DNA of 64,000 nucleotides from Gammaproteobacteria bacterium (GTDB lineage Bacteria; Pseudomonadota; Gammaproteobacteria; Eutrophobiales; Eutrophobiaceae): NCBI GenBank assembly GCA_965243205.1, contig CBDEUK010000001.1, positions 171,385 to 235,384 of the forward strand, read 5' to 3'. Shown piece by piece: positions 59,881 to 64,000 of this stretch (position 1 is its first letter; each line of letters starts with the position of its first letter). The notes under the pieces were generated by a model. It saw only the letters and a program-made list of their open reading frames with translations, ran no database searches and was not told where the DNA came from. The position numbers and the translations under genes were made by a program.

Positions 59881-62000
59881 ATAATAAATTTCCACATCAT
59901 TTTTTTAAAAATATAAGTATCCGTAAAAAACTTATTTTTTCATTCGGCATCTGCGCCTCTATCATTATTGTGATAGGCACATTATCTATATGGTCTTTAC
60001 ATCGTGTTGAATCGCATATCTTTACAGTAGCGAATGATTTTATTCCTGCGAAGGATCTTGCTAACAAAACTAAAAGACAAGTGATTCATGCTAATAAAGC
60101 CTTAAGTTTTTATATATTAACCAATAAAGAAATGTATCGAAAACAAGTCGATACTTTAGTAAAAGACATAAAAAAATCTATACAAATATTGTCTAAACTC
60201 CAAACAAATGCAGGCCAAACGGAGTCATTATTAATTTCATTAAGCAAAGATATAGAGGCGTTTGATAAATACAAATCATTAGTATTTGAGATAAAAGAAA
60301 ACAAATTAAATAATATGCCAGGTCTTAAATTTGCAGACAAATTAATATTTCCAATAAACAATGAAATTATTGGGATATTAAATGAAATTACTAGTCATAA
60401 ATATTCAGATTCAAAATTATATACATCAATTATGAATCTTAATAAGATTTGGTACGATATATTTTACGATATCAATAATTACCTTGCATATCGTGATGAA
60501 AATTTTAATGATGAATTTTCAAGAGATCTGAAAAACGCGCGTGCAGAAATAGACAGTTTGCTAAAACAGAATTTATTGCAATTAGATTCTTATGATATCC
60601 AAAATAATTTAGGTAGAATTTTAAAATTACAAAACACATTAGAAAAATATATTGAAAGCTTAGTGGGCATACATAGTGGAGAAGCATGGAGAAAAGATGC
60701 CTATTTAATTCGAACTAAAATTGGCCCTTTGTTAGAATCTATTGTTGACAAGTTAGATAATATTAAAAATATATATTCAGAAGCAGCTGAATCAAAAATT
60801 AATGAGCTTTTAAAACTATCAGCAGCCACTAAAAAGATAACTTTTACCACCCTTATCTTGGCTGTATTACTTGGGTCTTTTTTGACCTTGATTGTCATCA
60901 AATCAATAATGATTAAATTAAACATGGCAACCAATGCAATGAAAGATATTGCTGAAAAAGGAAACTTAAATCAAACATTAGATGATTCTGGAAAAGATGA
61001 ATTATCTAATTTAGGAAGTTCATTTAATCAATTTGTAGAAAAGATATCGAATGTCATAAATTTAGTTAATTTATCATCGACTAATTTAGCTCATGAAGCG
61101 GATGAAATGAAAAAAATTAGTCAGAGTGCAAAAAGTACTGTCGTGCAACAACAGTCACAAATCTCTGAAGTGGCTGAGTCCGTACAAGAAATGTCAAGCA
61201 CTATGGAGGATATTTCTCATAATGCTAGTTTAGCGGCAGACGCTGCAAAGAAAGCGAATGAATTTACTATCAATGGTCAAGATGTGGTAACAGAATCTAT
61301 TAGTTCAATTAATAATCTAGCAACCGATGTTGAAACAACAGGCTTGGCAATAGAAAAGCTAGATAGTGAAATCAAAGATATTGGAAGCATACTTTCAGTT
61401 ATCAAAGACATAACCGAACAAACTAATTTACTCGCTTTAAATGCAGCAATAGAGGCTGCACGTGCTGGAGAAATGGGTAGAGGGTTCGCAGTTGTTGCTG
61501 ATGAAGTCAGGACATTATCACAACGTACACAAAGCGAAACTCTAGATATTCAAGTTAAAATAGAACGATTACAAGCAGAAGCTCAAACTTCGGTCAATGC
61601 TATTGAAAAAGGTAAAAAAACAGTAGAACACAGTGTTGAGCTTGCTTCTTCTGCAGAAGAAGCATTAAGTTCGATTGCTCAATCTGTTGATACCATTTCT
61701 GAAATGAACCTAAAAATCGCCGATTCTGTTCGTACACAAAGTCATAATTCAACATCTATTAATAATAATATGTTATCAATTAATCAAATTGCGAATGAAA
61801 CAGCTAATACAGTTTCTACAGCCAGTAACTCTAATCATGAGTTAAGCCTTATGGCAAGACAACTTCGAGGCATGGTTGAACAATTCTTATTAAATGATAT
61901 TGATACTCAAAATTCTAGTGAAGTGGAATCTTCGAATAATAATGAAGCAGAAAAAGACTCAAGTTCTGATTCTGAATGTATTGATGATGTTTTATTTTAA
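59877..62000 (+). CDS. Methyl-accepting chemotaxis protein (periplasmic helical sensor, HAMP, MCP signalling domain)
   Basis: 707 aa with two TM helices flanking a ~290-aa periplasmic domain. The highly conserved MCP core is [38 protein letters not shown]. It overlaps the cytochrome c stop (ATGA). Confidence 0.9.
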
Positions 62001-62070
62001 TTATCTATTCATTAATAATAAGTGAGAGAAAGCTTCACACTTTTAGGGGATACAATTAAACTCTGTATCC

Positions 62071-62898
62071 GTGAAGACTAATTTATCTATCTTAAAGAGC
62101 TCAATACTTGAGCTTCAACATTTGGAATTTAATCGAATTTCACCCCAAGCAAACCTTCGACATTGGGTTCAATGTTATTGGTCGATAGGTAACACACCTA
62201 AAATTATAAAAAACTCACTAAAAGAAAAACTTTACCCAGATGGTGGTGTGAGTTTAGTTTTTAACACTTCACAAAAAGACGATATAGAATTATGGATAAA
62301 AGCATCTACTGAAATGACATATTCAAATAACATTCGTAATGGCGATATGTTTGGAATACATTTTCAACCTGGTGCTGCAAATAAAATACTTAACTTTACT
62401 CCTAATAAAACCATCGCTATAAAGCTTGATGAAGATGAAATTCGCAGACTTAACTTGAAATCTTTTTGCAATAAAATTAAAACGTCTTCCGTCCAGAAAA
62501 AAATTGCCATAATAGAACATTGGTTATTACAAAAGATTGAAAATCTAAATCTATCACCCGGTTTTGTACAATTTTTCTGGCCTCAATTAATTCAAGATAA
62601 AAATATATCTGGGCTTATACTTGAATCAGGAATTAGTCGACGTAAACTTGAACGCTTATTTGAAACTGAGATAGGGTTTTCTCCAGGGCAGCTACGGCAA
62701 TTATTACGAATAAAACTTGCGAGATATTTAATCAAAACTCATCCTAGACTTTCACTTACTGATATTGCCTTAAAAAGCGGTTATTTTGATCAAGCACATT
62801 TTAATCGGCATTTTTTCTCTATCGTAAAAGAAACACCTGGAAAATATCGAAAACGACAAAAGCAACGGCGTGAGTTGGGCCAACTCATCGTCAATTGA
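62071..62898 (+). CDS. AraC-family transcriptional regulator
   Basis: 275 aa; C-terminal HTH_AraC (...DIALKSGYFDQAHFNRHF). Confidence 0.8.
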   Translation: MKTNLSILKSSILELQHLEFNRISPQANLRHWVQCYWSIGNTPKIIKNSLKEKLYPDGGVSLVFNTSQKDDIELWIKASTEMTYSNNIRNGDMFGIHFQPGAANKILNFTPNKTIAIKLDEDEIRRLNLKSFCNKIKTSSVQKKIAIIEHWLLQKIENLNLSPGFVQFFWPQLIQDKNISGLILESGISRRKLERLFETEIGFSPGQLRQLLRIKLARYLIKTHPRLSLTDIALKSGYFDQAHFNRHFFSIVKETPGKYRKRQKQRRELGQLIVN

Positions 62899-62976
62899 CG
62901 CAAATATACAATTACTTCTTAGATTAATCGCTTAATCTAGACTTACAAACTTTACTAGATTAAAGGTTATTTTAGT

Positions 62977-63441
62977 ATGGATTGTCGAATAACACCTGAA
63001 AAATTATTTCAAATACAACCCAAAGCCTCTGAAACACTTCATGAACTTGATGCTATTGTTAAAGAAAGTGGCCTTGATGAAATCTTAACAACACTTGTTC
63101 GTATTAGGGCATCTCAAATCAATAATTGTGGTTTTTGTTTAGATATGCATTTTAAAGAGGCCAGAATGTTAAAAATTGATCAACAAAAATTAGATATTTT
63201 ATCGGCATGGCAAGAGCTACCTTTTTTTTCACAACGTGAAAGAGCGGCTTTAGCCTTATGTGAGCAAATAACAACATTACAAAATAAAAAAGAATTTAAC
63301 GTTTTATTTCATCAGCTTGAACAGGTATTTACACAAGAAGAAATTGTAAATTTAACTATAATAATTGTGACCATAAACAGTTGGAATCGAATCGTCGCTT
63401 GCATGAATTTTATCCCTGAGCGCATTAATATTGAAACTTAA
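62977..63441 (+). CDS. Carboxymuconolactone decarboxylase / AhpD-like family protein
   Basis: 154 aa; CGFCLDMH core motif. Confidence 0.75.
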   Translation: MDCRITPEKLFQIQPKASETLHELDAIVKESGLDEILTTLVRIRASQINNCGFCLDMHFKEARMLKIDQQKLDILSAWQELPFFSQRERAALALCEQITTLQNKKEFNVLFHQLEQVFTQEEIVNLTIIIVTINSWNRIVACMNFIPERINIET

Positions 63442-63453
63442 CCGGAGAATTCA

Positions 63454-63846
63454 ATGAAACTAAAATTATTTTCTATTTTCTTTTTATTAAGCAGTTTTCT
63501 CACTAGCACTATAGTCTTTTCTAGTGAAGTGAGTCCATTACTCAGTAAACTAATTCCTGAAAGCAGTGAAAAAGAAGTGCAAATTTTGAAAGTGACATTA
63601 TTACCTGGTGAAAATTCGCCTATCCATAAACATGACGCTCAAACATTTGTGTATGTATTATCTGGTAAAATTGCTATGGCTGTGAATAATCAAGATCCAA
63701 CTATTTTAGAACCAGGCGATACCTTTTATGAATCTCCAAATGATATACATACAATAACGCGCAATTTAGATAATGATAAAAAAGCTGTGATGTTAGTTTT
63801 CTTTATAAAAGAACCTGGTGCGCCCTCGCTGAAACCAGTAAAATAA
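63454..63846 (+). CDS. Cupin-domain protein (secreted)
   Basis: 130 aa with a signal peptide and cupin motifs (PGENSPIHKHDAQTFVYVLSG ... PGDTFYESPNDIH). Confidence 0.7.
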   Translation: MKLKLFSIFFLLSSFLTSTIVFSSEVSPLLSKLIPESSEKEVQILKVTLLPGENSPIHKHDAQTFVYVLSGKIAMAVNNQDPTILEPGDTFYESPNDIHTITRNLDNDKKAVMLVFFIKEPGAPSLKPVK

Positions 63847-63899
63847 ATAGAAGTTCGAAAATATTTTTATTACATTGCTAGTCTGATAATCTTTTATCA

Positions 63900-64000
63900 A
63901 TGAGACTCTTAACTCTTCTAATTATCATTATTTTTTTCTCTTCATGTGCTATCAGTCCTAAAACATATGAACAGTATCTCGATAAGGAAGGTCTTGACGC
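63900..64000 (+). CDS. Putative lipoprotein, N-terminal fragment (runs past the window edge)
   Basis: ATG at 63900 gives MRLLTLLIIIIFFSSCAISPKTYEQYLDKEGLD... with a signal/lipobox-like start. It is too short for the ORF track. Confidence 0.35.
   Translation, partial: MRLLTLLIIIIFFSSCAISPKTYEQYLDKEGLD

Noticed and set aside
60110-60934. Minus-strand ORFs (60110..60361, 60505..60687, 60701..60934) inside the MCP gene
   Set aside because: They are antisense to a strongly supported MCP CDS and read as AT-rich artefacts.

Overview
This is a low-GC (~38%) gammaproteobacterial chromosomal segment. The housekeeping backbone is in Pseudomonas-like order. On the minus strand it runs rplI, a DUF2232-like membrane protein, rpsR, rpsF (no priB), bioA, rlmB, rnr, purA, hisZ, DUF2065, hflC, hflK, hflX, hfq, miaA, mutL, amiB, tsaE, nnr and orn. 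Further along are recR, ybaB, dnaX and an SRP (4.5S) RNA that the ORF track cannot show.

Several accessory modules interrupt this backbone:
- A four-gene operon inserted between purA and rnr: DUF1800, a Tat-signal DUF1501, and two paralogous secreted proteins with PEP-CTERM-like (VP[LIV]PA[AS]V-hydrophobic-basic) C-terminal sorting signals.
- A redox/envelope patch with two c-type cytochromes and a thrombospondin-repeat OmpA protein.
- An RND efflux pair (AcrA/AcrB-like) with a small lipoprotein.
- An accessory island (33.5-39.1 kb) of small unrelated genes. It includes a stand-alone DUF4062 (TIR / nucleoside-deoxyribosyltransferase-like) protein, followed at 59 nt by a single-TM protein, a lipoprotein and a tail-anchored membrane protein. 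This is the best candidate for an undescribed defence-like system in the window.
- A Lipase_2-like hydrolase gene in the same island, split at a T homopolymer.
- A TonB-dependent receptor, a DksA/TraR zinc-finger protein and two tandem CPA2 (Kef-type) antiporters.
- An OmpR-family two-component pair upstream of a conserved 'amine-oxidase flavoprotein / DUF1365 / Cfa-like methyltransferase / chalcone-isomerase-like / MFS / DUF3833 / SDR' cluster (Ufa-like, putative modified fatty-acid pathway).
- A di-haem cytochrome c peroxidase, amicyanin-like cupredoxin and cytochrome c, with a chemoreceptor gene overlapping the end of the cytochrome gene.
- An AraC regulator, an AhpD-like protein and a cupin.

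No CRISPR array, tRNA, integrase or transposase was seen.
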